The position numbers were made by a program, and so were the translations under genes. Below the pieces are notes generated by a model. The model was not told where the DNA came from. It worked only from the letters and a program-made list of their open reading frames with translations, and ran no database searches. Source: Eledone cirrhosa (lineage: Eukaryota). From it: 64,000 bases of DNA. Shown here in pieces: positions 26,055 to 37,146 of the stretch. How positions within the stretch are numbered: position 1 is the stretch's first letter; each line of letters begins with the position of its first letter. The DNA lies in the NCBI GenBank assembly GCA_964016885.1, contig OZ024740.1, positions 300,080,001 to 300,144,000 on the forward strand, given 5' to 3'.

Positions 26055-26790
26055 TAACAGCGGTTTCTCACAACCTATCACTTACTCTCCTAATAGCAAC
26101 AACACCATTAAGAAAAGTAAGCGCAACAATAGACAAACTAACTGGTTTTCTCCTCCCTCCTCACTCAACATTAAAACCAATGTAGGGAAACATTTTCTAG
26201 CCCGCTTAGATAGACACTTCCCCATAGGTCATAAATACCGCTCCATCTTTAACCGACACAAAGTTAAACTAGGATACTCCTGCGCTAAGGACATGAAGGC
26301 CCACATCACCAGCAGCCCTAGGGGCAACATACCACCAGGGTGTTCTTGCCGTAAGCCTGAAGCTTGCCCCCTTCAACAGCAATGTAACACACCAGCTGTA
26401 ATCTATGAAGATGTGGTCACTTCCAACCGACCAAACGAACCACAGGAGGTCAAATCCTATGTGGGCATGGCGGGGGACCGATTCAAGAAACGTTTCCTGA
26501 ACCACCAGTCTACCTTCAGATAGCCGGAGAGACGTTCATCCACGAAACTCCCGAGCCACGTATGGTCCCTGAAGGACTCAAGTATAGACTACTCCCTTCA
26601 ATGGAAAGCTATCACTAAGTCCAAGCCATACGCAAGGGGAAATCCCACGTGTGGCTTATGTATTGAAGAACGAATAACTATTCTAAAGAGATTACGCAAT
26701 AGTGATTGCATAAACACGAGAAGTCAATTTTTCACACGTTGTCCACACGTCGCCAAACACCTATTGCATAACTTCAAGACTCTGGACTGA
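26053..26790 (+). pseudogene. PLE linker plus GIY-YIG endonuclease with one in-frame TAG (26521)
   Basis: [64 protein letters not shown]. Begins directly after (TA)n. Confidence 0.92.
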
Positions 26791-26952
26791 TTCTTTGTAA
26801 TTCTATTTTCAATCTAAAAACTTTTCGGACTTTCGCAGTTATCTCCCTTACACTTCTCGCACGCAGTCTAGTATTGCCTGTGTAAAGTGACCGAGTTTCT
26901 GCGCATGCGCGTTCGTACGGTTGTTCTTCCTGTTCCTATAACCATGCCCATT

Positions 26953-26992
26953 CCGAGCTGAAGATCCGCTAAGGTGAAACAATTGTTCTCGG
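26953..26992 (+). ncRNA. Minimal type-I hammerhead ribozyme in PLE 3' end
   Basis: CCGAG-CTGAAGA-TCC-GCTAA-GGT-GAAA-CAATTG-TT-CTCGG; palindromic CAATTG, GUU site. Confidence 0.88.
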
Positions 26993-27055
26993 TATAGTGA
27001 ACTAACTGTTGTGTAACCACTACTACCTAACTCGTCCCTTCCAGTGCTCCACCAC

Positions 27056-27108
<53 letters not shown>

Positions 27109-27113
<5 letters not shown>

Positions 27114-27302
27114 AACAAGTATGACCCCGACGGCCGAGCTCAAGCCGTTTCGACGGCTATTTCAGTCCAGAAATAGCCGTCGAAACGGCTTGAGCTCTGC
27201 CATCGGGGTCATACTTGTTCCTATTACCCACTCTACTACCCTAAGTATTGAGTACTTTGGTGCGTTATGGTCTATCTGATTCCTTACCAAATTCCTTCGT
27301 TA
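27109..27302. mobile_element. Fold-back mini-element (family B) containing duplicated 3' halves of a hammerhead
   Basis: ~55-bp arms 27109-27163 and 27170-27224 contain GAAA-CGGC-TTGAGCTC-N-GCCR-TC-GGGGTC. A single-copy tail runs to (TA)n. Confidence 0.8.
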
Positions 27303-27505
27303 TATATATATATATAGTAATAATACTAAATGTGAAGACTAAAATCCGAAGAGTACTCGATAAGGATAATATATAGATAACAATATATAGAAAGTGTTGA
27401 GCAAATATTTCAGAAGATCTCGTTATGAATGAAAGCAGCGATTATTTGCTTAAACTTTAATCAGCGATTTTAATATATATATATTTATATATATATATAT
27501 ATAAC

Positions 27506-28280
27506 ATATTATAAAGTAAGAAGAAATAGTAGACACAGATACATATCTATTTTTTCTTCAAAGTCCTGACTGTACAGTTTCGCTGGTCAGTATGCAAAAA
27601 CCTTACATCATAGAGATGTAACATTGTTGTGAGGTAAGCCAGCTTTTCAAGGAACACCTCAGGGAAAAAGCGCTTCTAGACACGTCCGTAGCATGCGAGA
27701 AAATCTCAAGAAGGCGGAGGGAAATTCTGTCACGTGATACACCGGTCAAGAAAGGGGACTAAATCCCTTGTAGCAGTGAACAATATCTCAGAAGGCGGAG
27801 GGGGATATTAATAAGATATAGAGGCTACATAGGGGTGGTAAGGTTGACTGAAAGTGTTTATAGTGTTTGCTTAAATGCTTAGTATACTTCCGTTTCTATA
27901 ACTGCTTTCAAGCACACACTATAAACACTTTCAGTCAACCTTACCACCCCTATGTAGCCTCTATATCATATTAATATCCCCCTCCGCCTTCTGAGATATT
28001 TTCCATAATGCTACAAGGGATTTAGTCCCCTTTCTTGACCGGTGTATCACGTGACAGTATCTCCTTCCTCCTTTTTGAGATTTTCTCGCATGCTACGGAT
28101 GTGTCTAGAAGAGCTCTTTCCCTGAGGTGTTCTCTTGAAAAGCTGGCTTACCTCACAACAATGTTGCATCTCTATGATGTAAGGTTTTTGCATACTGACC
28201 AGCGAAACAGTACAGCCGGGACTTTGACGAAAAAACAGGTATACATCTGTGTCTACTATTTCTTCTTACTTTATAATATA
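27506..28280. repeat. Large inverted repeat (~370-bp arms, ~30-bp loop) with outward-facing HHR-like motifs
   Basis: 27506-27873 is the reverse complement of 27906-28280 with scattered substitutions. HHR-like motifs at 27564-27616 (-) and 28169-28221 (+). Confidence 0.9.
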
Positions 28281-28515
28281 TTACATAGCCCTGATATCGA
28301 ATCAATTTAATTATTTCCATTATCTTGTCTCTCATAATCATAGAGCAACACTGGTTAAGGTCGACAACGCACAATCTCACATATTTATGAAAAAATATTT
28401 GTGTATATATATATACATGTGTATGTATGTATGCACATATATGTGCGTACCTCTCATTATATATATATATATATATATTGATACGTCTATATTTATATAC
28501 ATATATTTATATATT

Positions 28516-28603
<88 letters not shown>

Positions 28604-28908
28604 ATAAAAGGAAAATGGGAAGTTCGGAGGTGATATTTAAAATTCCTTTATTAACAAATCTGTTATAAATATTTCGACGATGATCGTAGCTACCTGGTTG
28701 TTCTGTTATGCAACGAGTCACATGATATCGCCAGGCAGCATCGTATGTAATAAGGTTATGTTTCCGAGGCAATATACTAAAGATAAGGGATCGAATAGAA
28801 ATTATGTTTTTATAGGCAAAGCCCGTCCCTTGAGTGCTTAAATCGAATTACATTATCGTCCACTGATTAGTACATTACATTCGAAAAACCGATTGGTAAA
28901 TATTTTTA

Positions 28909-29156
<248 letters not shown>

Positions 29157-29280
29157 TATATATATTTATATATATATATATATATATACATATCTCTCTC
29201 TCTCTATATATATATACATATACATATATATATATATATAAAACGAAAAATCAGTGATGCATCTGAACTCAATTTATTGT

Positions 29281-29368
29281 GTGTTACAATTGTTTCGCCG
29301 GCGGACACCTCGAGACGCGATCATTGTGTGGATCTGTCTGATTCTGGGCCCGCAGGCTCGACGGACAC
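29281..29368 (-). ncRNA. Degenerate hammerhead-like motif
   Basis: Minus strand: GTGT-CCGTCGA-GCC...GGC-GAAA-CAATTG-TA-ACAC followed by AATAAA. The core deviates at positions 4 and 6. Confidence 0.55.
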
Positions 29369-29550
29369 GTCTAATGATTTCGGAGCATATTCTCCCACTG
29401 CGGTATCTGACCCTCTGGGCCAGTACCGTCAAAAATGTCATCCTCTACGTGCGTCCAGTGATTGGCTGCTGGTTGTTTACGTCATCTTACTTCTGACACA
29501 CAGGTAACATTCTGGTGTCCCAATGTCTGCTACACTTCAATGAATTACTC

Positions 29551-29616
<66 letters not shown>

Positions 29617-30538
29617 ACATAGATAACGACAGTCGTACGCATAGAATCCCGCTATAGTCACACATTAAGGAGAACATATAAACATAAAAACATACGCATA
29701 TATTCATCTAGGGCACGTACATACACAGACACATGCCCACAAGCCTATATACGTCAACACACACACACACACACACAGTTGCTCATACACATGCATACGC
29801 GTATATATACACGTACACACAAACATGTACAGACATATACACAGACCACCACTCTCCACCCACGCGCACGCACTTACACACACGTACACATATATACACG
29901 CACAGATACACACTTGCTCGCAAACACGCATATATATAACAAGCCCTATCCCTACAGGGGTGCTTGTACACACACACACACACACACCTGCCCATACACA
30001 CTCCTAGAAATATGCGCATATTCCCATACACACCAACGCACGCATACAAAAACTTATATATCTCTATATATATACACATAAACAGAATATACACACAAAG
30101 TCATATAAAGATAGACAATGGGGCGTACATGAAAGGATGCATCTTGTTATAAACATGTACTCATATAAAAAATACATACATACACACGGAGAAAAAAATG
30201 TTGTATCGTGTTGCTATTTTTAGTAACATGAAATTTCAACAAGTCTATAATTCCCGCCTTTACTTACGGCCTATTTATGTGTGGGTAACTTTAACGGCAG
30301 AAAGCGATATATTTACTAACTACAAGGTTGTGTGACCTGTGGTATGGAAATAGCTGTCTGAACAGCTGATTCTTTTCATTGGAAATTCTCTGAATTTCCA
30401 ACCTTTAGATAAGAGAAACCGTGGGTCACATCACTAGAACAAGTGAATATTTAAATCGTATTTTAATTTATTTAAAAGATTGTTTAATGTTTGCTTGTTC
30501 CGGTCATTTATATATATATATATATATTGTTTTTAAAT

Positions 30539-30724
30539 ATAGATGAGATTCTCCAGGACTAGAACTGTTTCATTCTTTAGAAATCATCATATTCCTGATG
30601 ATTTCTAAAGAATGAAACAGTTCTAGTCCTGTAGAATCTCATCTATATTAAAACTTTTATACTCTGCCATGTATTGAGTACCTTACTTACTGTGGTTACC
30701 TCCGATTCAATCGGGAATAACGTA

Positions 30725-30725
<1 letters not shown>
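30539..30725. mobile_element. Fold-back mini-element (family A), second copy
   Basis: Inverted arm 30539-30589 is joined at the HHR core to the forward copy. The tail is near-identical to 41955-42040. Flanked by TA-rich sequence. Confidence 0.85.
30591..30637 (+). ncRNA. Type-I hammerhead ribozyme (family A)
   Basis: ATTC-CTGATGA-TTTC-TAAA-GAAT-GAAA-CAG-TTCTAGTC-CTG-TA-GAAT; GUA site. Confidence 0.85.
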
Positions 30726-30765
<40 letters not shown>

Positions 30766-30822
30766 ATGTATATATAAACATATATAGAAACATAGACTCA
30801 CACAAACACACACACATATATA

Positions 30823-30886
<64 letters not shown>

Positions 30887-31307
30887 CCTGTGTATGAAAG
30901 CACGTACAGGAGATAAACGTATAAATACTTCGCAATTATACTATGAATTATTATTCGTTCATTGAAAGCCAATTTATCGTGTGTTCAATAAAAATGAATA
31001 ATTTTTCATTTTTATTGTTCACTATCGGTAAATTCACTTTGCATAATAGAATAATTCTCAGGAATACGGCGAAATATTTATTCATTTATGTGCTATAATC
31101 ATCTACTTTCCATGCTCATTATTGTCTTGGCCTAGTTAGAGCAGCCAGGCAATCGCTTTTTTTTATTTGATGACCGTTTATTAGCCTACATTAGATTTTT
31201 CCATGCATACATACACAAAATCAGATATGTTCACAAACATGAATTACTTAGATACATAGATATATGTAAATAAATACACAAATACATACATAATCTCCCC
31301 ATATATA

Positions 31308-31440
31308 TCTATATATGTAAAACAGAGAGTATGTCTGTCTGTCTGTTAGACTCCCTAAAACTCGAGAACCACGTAACCAATTGTTTTCAAACTTTACACA
31401 TATACATTTTCCATGCCATAGGGACCGCATTAGGTGATTT
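31308..31440 (+). mobile_element. Possible 5' end of a non-autonomous Helitron-like element
   Basis: TCTATATATGTAAAA start followed by (GTCT)n and CAATTGTTTTCAAACTTTACACA, an arrangement common in invertebrate non-autonomous Helitrons. No 3' CTAG end found. Confidence 0.35.
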
Positions 31441-31555
31441 AGCGATCTCTCTCTATAATTCTTAGTCTTTCTTTTTAGATAGATACATAGATATAACGTC
31501 GCGCCCTTATAATATCTCTCTGTATGTCTGGCTGCTTAAATTTTAATCTGTTATC

Positions 31556-31654
<99 letters not shown>

Positions 31655-31685
31655 CAATAATCAAAGTTCAGTTTAAATCATTTAT

Positions 31686-31734
31686 TTGCTTACAATTGTT
31701 TCCTCCAAACCGAGGCTTGGATTCTTCGGAGCAA
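31686..31734 (-). ncRNA. Hammerhead-like motif with variant core CCGAAGA
   Basis: Minus strand: TTGCT-CCGAAGA-A-TCCAAGC-CTCG-GTTTGGA-G-GAAA-CAATTG-TA-AGCAA then ATAAA. Confidence 0.7.
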
Positions 31735-31769
31735 CTATTTAGTGATCTATAACATACTTGACCTCCTTT

Positions 31770-32680
31770 TCAACACAATAGACGTACGGATATATTTTCG
31801 CCCTGCTTGCATAAATCCCATAGAACTTTCCATAAAGTATACAGCTAATATCTTACTACCTAATTAGTTTAAAATCTTCTTTTCTCAAACGCTTTTATAT
31901 TTTTTACAAATATACTCATCTTTCTACCTTATTTCAGTATATTATACGATATTACTCATACTATGTCGTTAGCGCTCCCCTATTTTTTTTCTTTTTTTCT
32001 TATTTTTTAATTTCTAATCTTTAATCTGCAACTTTTACTTTTCAATTACTTATTAATTCATATTATAACTCACCATAGCATTTTCCTTATATTCTTGGCC
32101 ATACAAATGTTTATTTTTAATATTACCATTAGTGAAATTTTGTAAACATATATTTTTTTTACGTTATATACTTTTTATTCCTTGAATTTCTTCTTTCTTC
32201 TCTCCTTCCGTGCTCGTATTATAGCTACTATTTACTTTTTCCTATTACAATATATAGAAACAAACTTGGACCCTAATTAATTCCTCTAAGTTCATAATTC
32301 ATTTAACCTTATCTTCTTATAATATTTTATTTTAATAATAAATTTTAATAAATTCCTTTTCGCACATCTTATTAAACCCTTCAATATATAAATCTTAAAT
32401 AAATACTATACTTAATTACTTTTTCTTTAATCATTAGCATCACCATTCATAAACCACATTAACTTTTAATTTCCGAATTTTTTTTAATTATGTTTTATTT
32501 TACAACGGTTTTTTTTTTATTTCTCTCTGTGAGGCAGTGTTTCTCAGTATTAAAGGTTACCCCTCTCTCTCTCTCACTCATTTCCCCTCCTCTCTCATCC
32601 TTCCTTCTTAGACTCCTCCTCCGTCATCCTTTCCTTATTATTATTATTTTTTTCTTATTATTTTCTTTTCTATACAACAG
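31770..32680 (+). repeat. Upstream pseudo-LTR of a PLE (EN C-terminus plus 3' UTR)
   Basis: Encodes RRTDIFSPCLHKSHRTFHKVYS*, homologous to the end of ORF 38290-38850. The following AT/pyrimidine-rich UTR aligns to 38850-39830. Confidence 0.75.
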
Positions 32681-32699
32681 ATTGCATATTTAATAAATA

Positions 32700-33748
32700 A
32701 TGGAATTCTTCACATTCCCGACATCTCTCAAGGATATACCTATACCATCTAATGAAGACACGAGGAAACTCATAGAGCAAACAAACTTTTTTATAAGAAG
32801 AGTGAGATGGCCTACATTTCATTTCGATAATAAAGAAGCTAAAAGAAAAACCAACAGCAATTATTTCGAAACTATCTTTAAATCCAGAGAAAAATCCTCC
32901 ATACAACAAACTCCTGGAGGATTTTGAAACGGAAATGCTCAATATATTAAAAAAAATTAAATTCAGGAAAAACCCACATATAGGTCACCAATACCTTAGA
33001 ACTCTTAAAGAAAAAAATCTTGGATATAAAAAAAGTTAATAAAATATTGGTGAAGTCGGACAAATTTATATGGCATAAATAAAGATGAATATAATGATTT
33101 AATTTTAAAAGAACTAAGGAAAAATTATAGAAAAGTCCCGGGCGAAGATCTTACATACATCAATAATGATGCATTTAAATTAATAGCAAAATTCGGAATT
33201 GAAGGAAGAACTGGGCCTTTCATACCTAGACGGCCGATGATAAATTTTAAGGATCACAAAATAAACTTTGAGGAAGACCTGCCAGTTAGAGTGATTGCTC
33301 TATCTAAATTGGATATTGGAGTAATCAGTAAGAATATTATTGATGGAATTCTACCTACTCTGAAATTGAAGTCTAAATTGAGCTTATGGAAGGACACTAA
33401 TGAAGTGATTGACTGGTTTAAAAATATAGAGAATAAGAAATATCTCAAATTCATCCAAATGGACATAGCAAGCTATTATTCTTCTATTACACCTAACCTA
33501 TTAAATAAGGCTTTATCTTATGCTTACAAAGATACAGATCTAACTACGGATGAAATCGATATCATATTAACTGCTAGAAAAACTCTAATTAATTTCAACA
33601 ATGAATATTGGACCCGTTCAGATAGGAATAGAAACTTTGACATTACCATGGGATCATCGGACTCAGCGCAGATCACGGATCTTCTGTGGATTTTCCTCTC
33701 AAATATGGTAAATAGAAAACTACCGGGGAATACCGGTGGTTTATATAG
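32700..33748 (+). pseudogene. PLE ORF N-terminus and RT fingers/palm, frameshifted, truncated at the YRDD motif
   Basis: SLKDIPIPS..LIEQT..FIRRVRW, VKSDK, KDHK.NF, DIG.ISK, LWKDT.EVIDWF, FIQMDIASYYSSI, FDITMGSSDSAQITDL, GGLYR. Confidence 0.9.
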
Positions 33749-34520
33749 GGTGGTTTATATAGGGTGGTTTATATAGGTGGTTTATATATTTTAAAACTTT
33801 AATAATTTTTATTTTTTAATTCTTTTATGATATGATTAATGTTAGATTAAAGGGTCCTGTTTAGGTATATAAACATATTATTGGTTAACATGATCTCTTG
33901 AAGAATGTGCATATCTTTTGATTGTTAAGATATATTTAATTTTTGACTGGGATTCTTGTATATTTTTTTTTATATATGGCTTATACGCTTAACAAATATA
34001 ATGTACCGTAAATCATTCATGCATTTATGTTTTGTATATTTATTCATTTGGAGTATGTTTTACGATTCAGGAAGTTTGATTTATATACTTTTATTTACAT
34101 ATATTTACGGTATATGCATCACATACCATACTAGTCGACAATCTTTTTTTCCACTTATCTTGATGTAAAACTTCAATTATAACATTACTAACAATGATTG
34201 TACTATTTATTTATTATATGTATATCGATCACTAATATCTAGAATACTCTATTTATATTTGAACAAACCTGTATATCTAGTATAATAACATGCTTCTAGT
34301 TACATGTATAAGTACTTTAAATACTTTAATGACTTTCTAGTGTTATAATCGTTAAATAATTTCTAAATATTTTCTAAACTCTCTAAGTCATATACACGAT
34401 TATTATTGATAAGTAGTTTAGATACTTTAATGATTTTCTAGTGTTATAATTGTTAAATATGTTCTAAATATTTTCTAAATTTTCTAAGTTATATAACGAT
34501 GATTATTTTATTTAATTTAA

Positions 34521-34710
34521 GGCGGTGGATTGACAGTATTGGTAGAGAGTCGGACACCATGCTTTGAAGCATAGAGTTACGTTCCTTTATGATCTGAGTT
34601 CAAATCTCGCTGAGGTTAACTTTGCCTTTCATCCTTACGGGGTCGATAAAATAAAGTACCAGTAATGTACTGGGTAATTGCTGGCCTTGTGCCTAAAATA
34701 GAAGCAATCA
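34521..34710 (+). mobile_element. SINE family 1 copy
   Basis: Full-length alignment to other copies. Confidence 0.85.
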
Positions 34711-35967
34711 TTTTATTTTATTTTATTAAATTTGGATTACCTTCGGGTCAATGAAATCCTTAGGCTTTCTCTTTCTCATGTTTGCAGACACATTATCCTA
34801 CTATACACATTTATAAAGAAAATCTAAGATCGCAGACAATTCACTTTTTTTACTTTGAATCAGATTCTTATCCGTATGATTCAAGAAGTTTGACTTGTAT
34901 ATTTATAGTATATATGTGTTACATGACCTAAAACCTTAATTTTTAACAATATTATCAGTAACTTATTTATTGTATTATATTGTGTTATATATAAATGATA
35001 GGTATCATCTTAATCTTTAGACAATATAATCTTTGTTTATATGTAGACAAATGCATATATCTAATTTAATAATAAACATTTTTAAGTTTAATTATAAGGA
35101 CTTTTGATGCTTTAAGGCATTCTAATTGTTAATCAGAATTTTTAAAAATTATAACTGTAGTTATTTTATAAATTATATAATGCGAATTATTTTCAATATA
35201 ATATAAATAATTAAATATATTATAATAAAATTATTAAGATTTACCTTCGAGAGGATGAAAAATAGCATGTCTTCTCTCTCATGTTTGCAAATAGTTTAAA
35301 TATGAATTCATAAAATATGATTTTATGAATTAAATATGATAGTATACTTTAATATTAATACAGATATTTATAAACTTTTATAGCCCGAAATATTATACAC
35401 TTTAATTAATTCATTACTCTGAACTAACTTAAACAATTTTAAAGTTAACGGTCAACCGGATACATTTGGATAGTATATATAACTAATTAACCTTTATTGA
35501 TTACACCCAGTCATATTTATTATTTAGATTGATGAATATTTCTAGATAATTCAGTAATTCAATGATTCGAGTTTACTCTATGGCATAGCTATGCCCAGTT
35601 ATGGATGGACATATATAATTCATCCCTCCCTATAATTATAATTATTCCTTTTTAACTCCATTTGCTTGATCAATTCTCTTTTGCTCTCTATACCTCTTCT
35701 AGCTATATTTTCCCCTCATATGTGTTCTCTCTGTCCTTTATATTTCCTCTTTCTTCAATAATTATTTGAATCTCTAATAGTTATGTAAATTACTGTTATG
35801 TATTTTTAAGTTTTCTTACACGCACCCTCTGTATTATATGTATTATATGTAAGTTTTTTCATGTATCAATCTTAAGGTATATAAATATTGAGTTTTGTCA
35901 TATCTTACTCACTTCCATGACTGGATCTTAACCATCTACTATGTCAGGGTATGTCACGGAACATCTT

Positions 35968-36032
35968 ATTTTATCTGATGAGGACGTACTATTGAAGTTA
36001 GCTCAGTACCTCTGAAATATGTATAATAAAAT
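35968..36032 (+). ncRNA. Type-I hammerhead ribozyme
   Basis: ATTTTAT-CTGATGA-GGACGTACT...AGTACCTC-T-GAAA-TATGTA-TA-ATAAAAT; 7-bp stem I; ~45 nt before (TA)n. Confidence 0.75.
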
Positions 36033-36074
36033 ATACTTGATCACAATGAAGTCCTTTATTTTTAATATTTTGAA

Positions 36075-36130
<56 letters not shown>

Positions 36131-36454
36131 TTACAAAAGACGAAAAATCGATGTTTGTAAAGGAATAAGTGTCATTTTGGAGCAGAAAGTACCACTTCAG
36201 TGGATTTTTTATTCTTCCTCTCTTTGCTCTCCTTTTCTCATTGCGATCCTGGCTCTCCTTTCACTCCTTTCCTCGTTACTCTCTTTACTCTCCTTTTCGC
36301 CTTAATCTCCCTTTCTCCTTGTGTCTATAGACTTGTTTATATACAAATACAATCAGAAAATGGGAGCAAGGAGAAATATGAAAGCAAGGATCGTAAGGAG
36401 GAGGGTATATATATATATAATATAAAATCAAAAGATGGTTAAAAGTGTTCCAAG

Positions 36455-36525
36455 TATTTTATTATGCGCATTTCAAAAAGAAATATCATCATGGGATGAT
36501 ATCTGCGTTTTCATCAGATAAAATA
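36455..36525 (-). ncRNA. Type-I hammerhead ribozyme (inverted pLTR copy)
   Basis: Minus strand: TATTTTAT-CTGATGA-AAACGC-AGATATCATC-CCAT-GATGATATTT-CTTTTT-GAAA-TGCGCA-TA-ATAAAATA; 8-bp stem I, palindromic TGCGCA. Confidence 0.85.
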
Positions 36526-37146
36526 GGGATACATGATATGAAGCTTAAAAAACACTTGTGAATAGTGAAGTAGTTTTAAATGAACATATGAAAGATAAGT
36601 TAAGATTGATGTATGAGATTGGGAAAAAGTGAGGGGGGTGGGGTGGAAAAGGTAAGGAAGAGGAGGAGATGAGAGTAAAGAATGGTGGCGGAGGAGTATA
36701 AGAAGGAATGATGAGAGAGGAGGAGAGATGGGTGATAGAGAGAGAGAGAGATAGCCTTTACAACTGCGAAAAAAAAATATATTGTCTCTCAGAGAGAAGT
36801 TAAAAAGCCGTTGGAAGATAGTAGATAATTTAAAAGAATTTGAAATTAAAAGTTAATGAGGTTTATGCATGAAGAGAAAAAGGGATTAAGAATAATATTA
36901 AATTAAGGTTTGTATAGTGAAGGGTTTAATAATATGTGCGAGGAAAAGAAATTATTAATATGTATTATTAAAATAAAAATATTAATGTTATTAAGGATAT
37001 AATGTGAAAAGAAGTAGAAGAATGAATGAGTTTAGAATGAATTTAGAGCAATTAGTTAGTGTTTAAGTTTGTTTTTATGTAATGTAATATGTGTGCGTAA
37101 TATGTGTACGTAAATAGTTTGTTTTAAAATGAGCGCAGAAAGCAAT

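Noticed and set aside
33735-33788. Short direct repeats as a CRISPR array or telomere (also 58300-58350 and 53728-53762)
   Set aside because: No unique spacers or cas genes, eukaryotic context, and the unit derives from adjacent element sequence.
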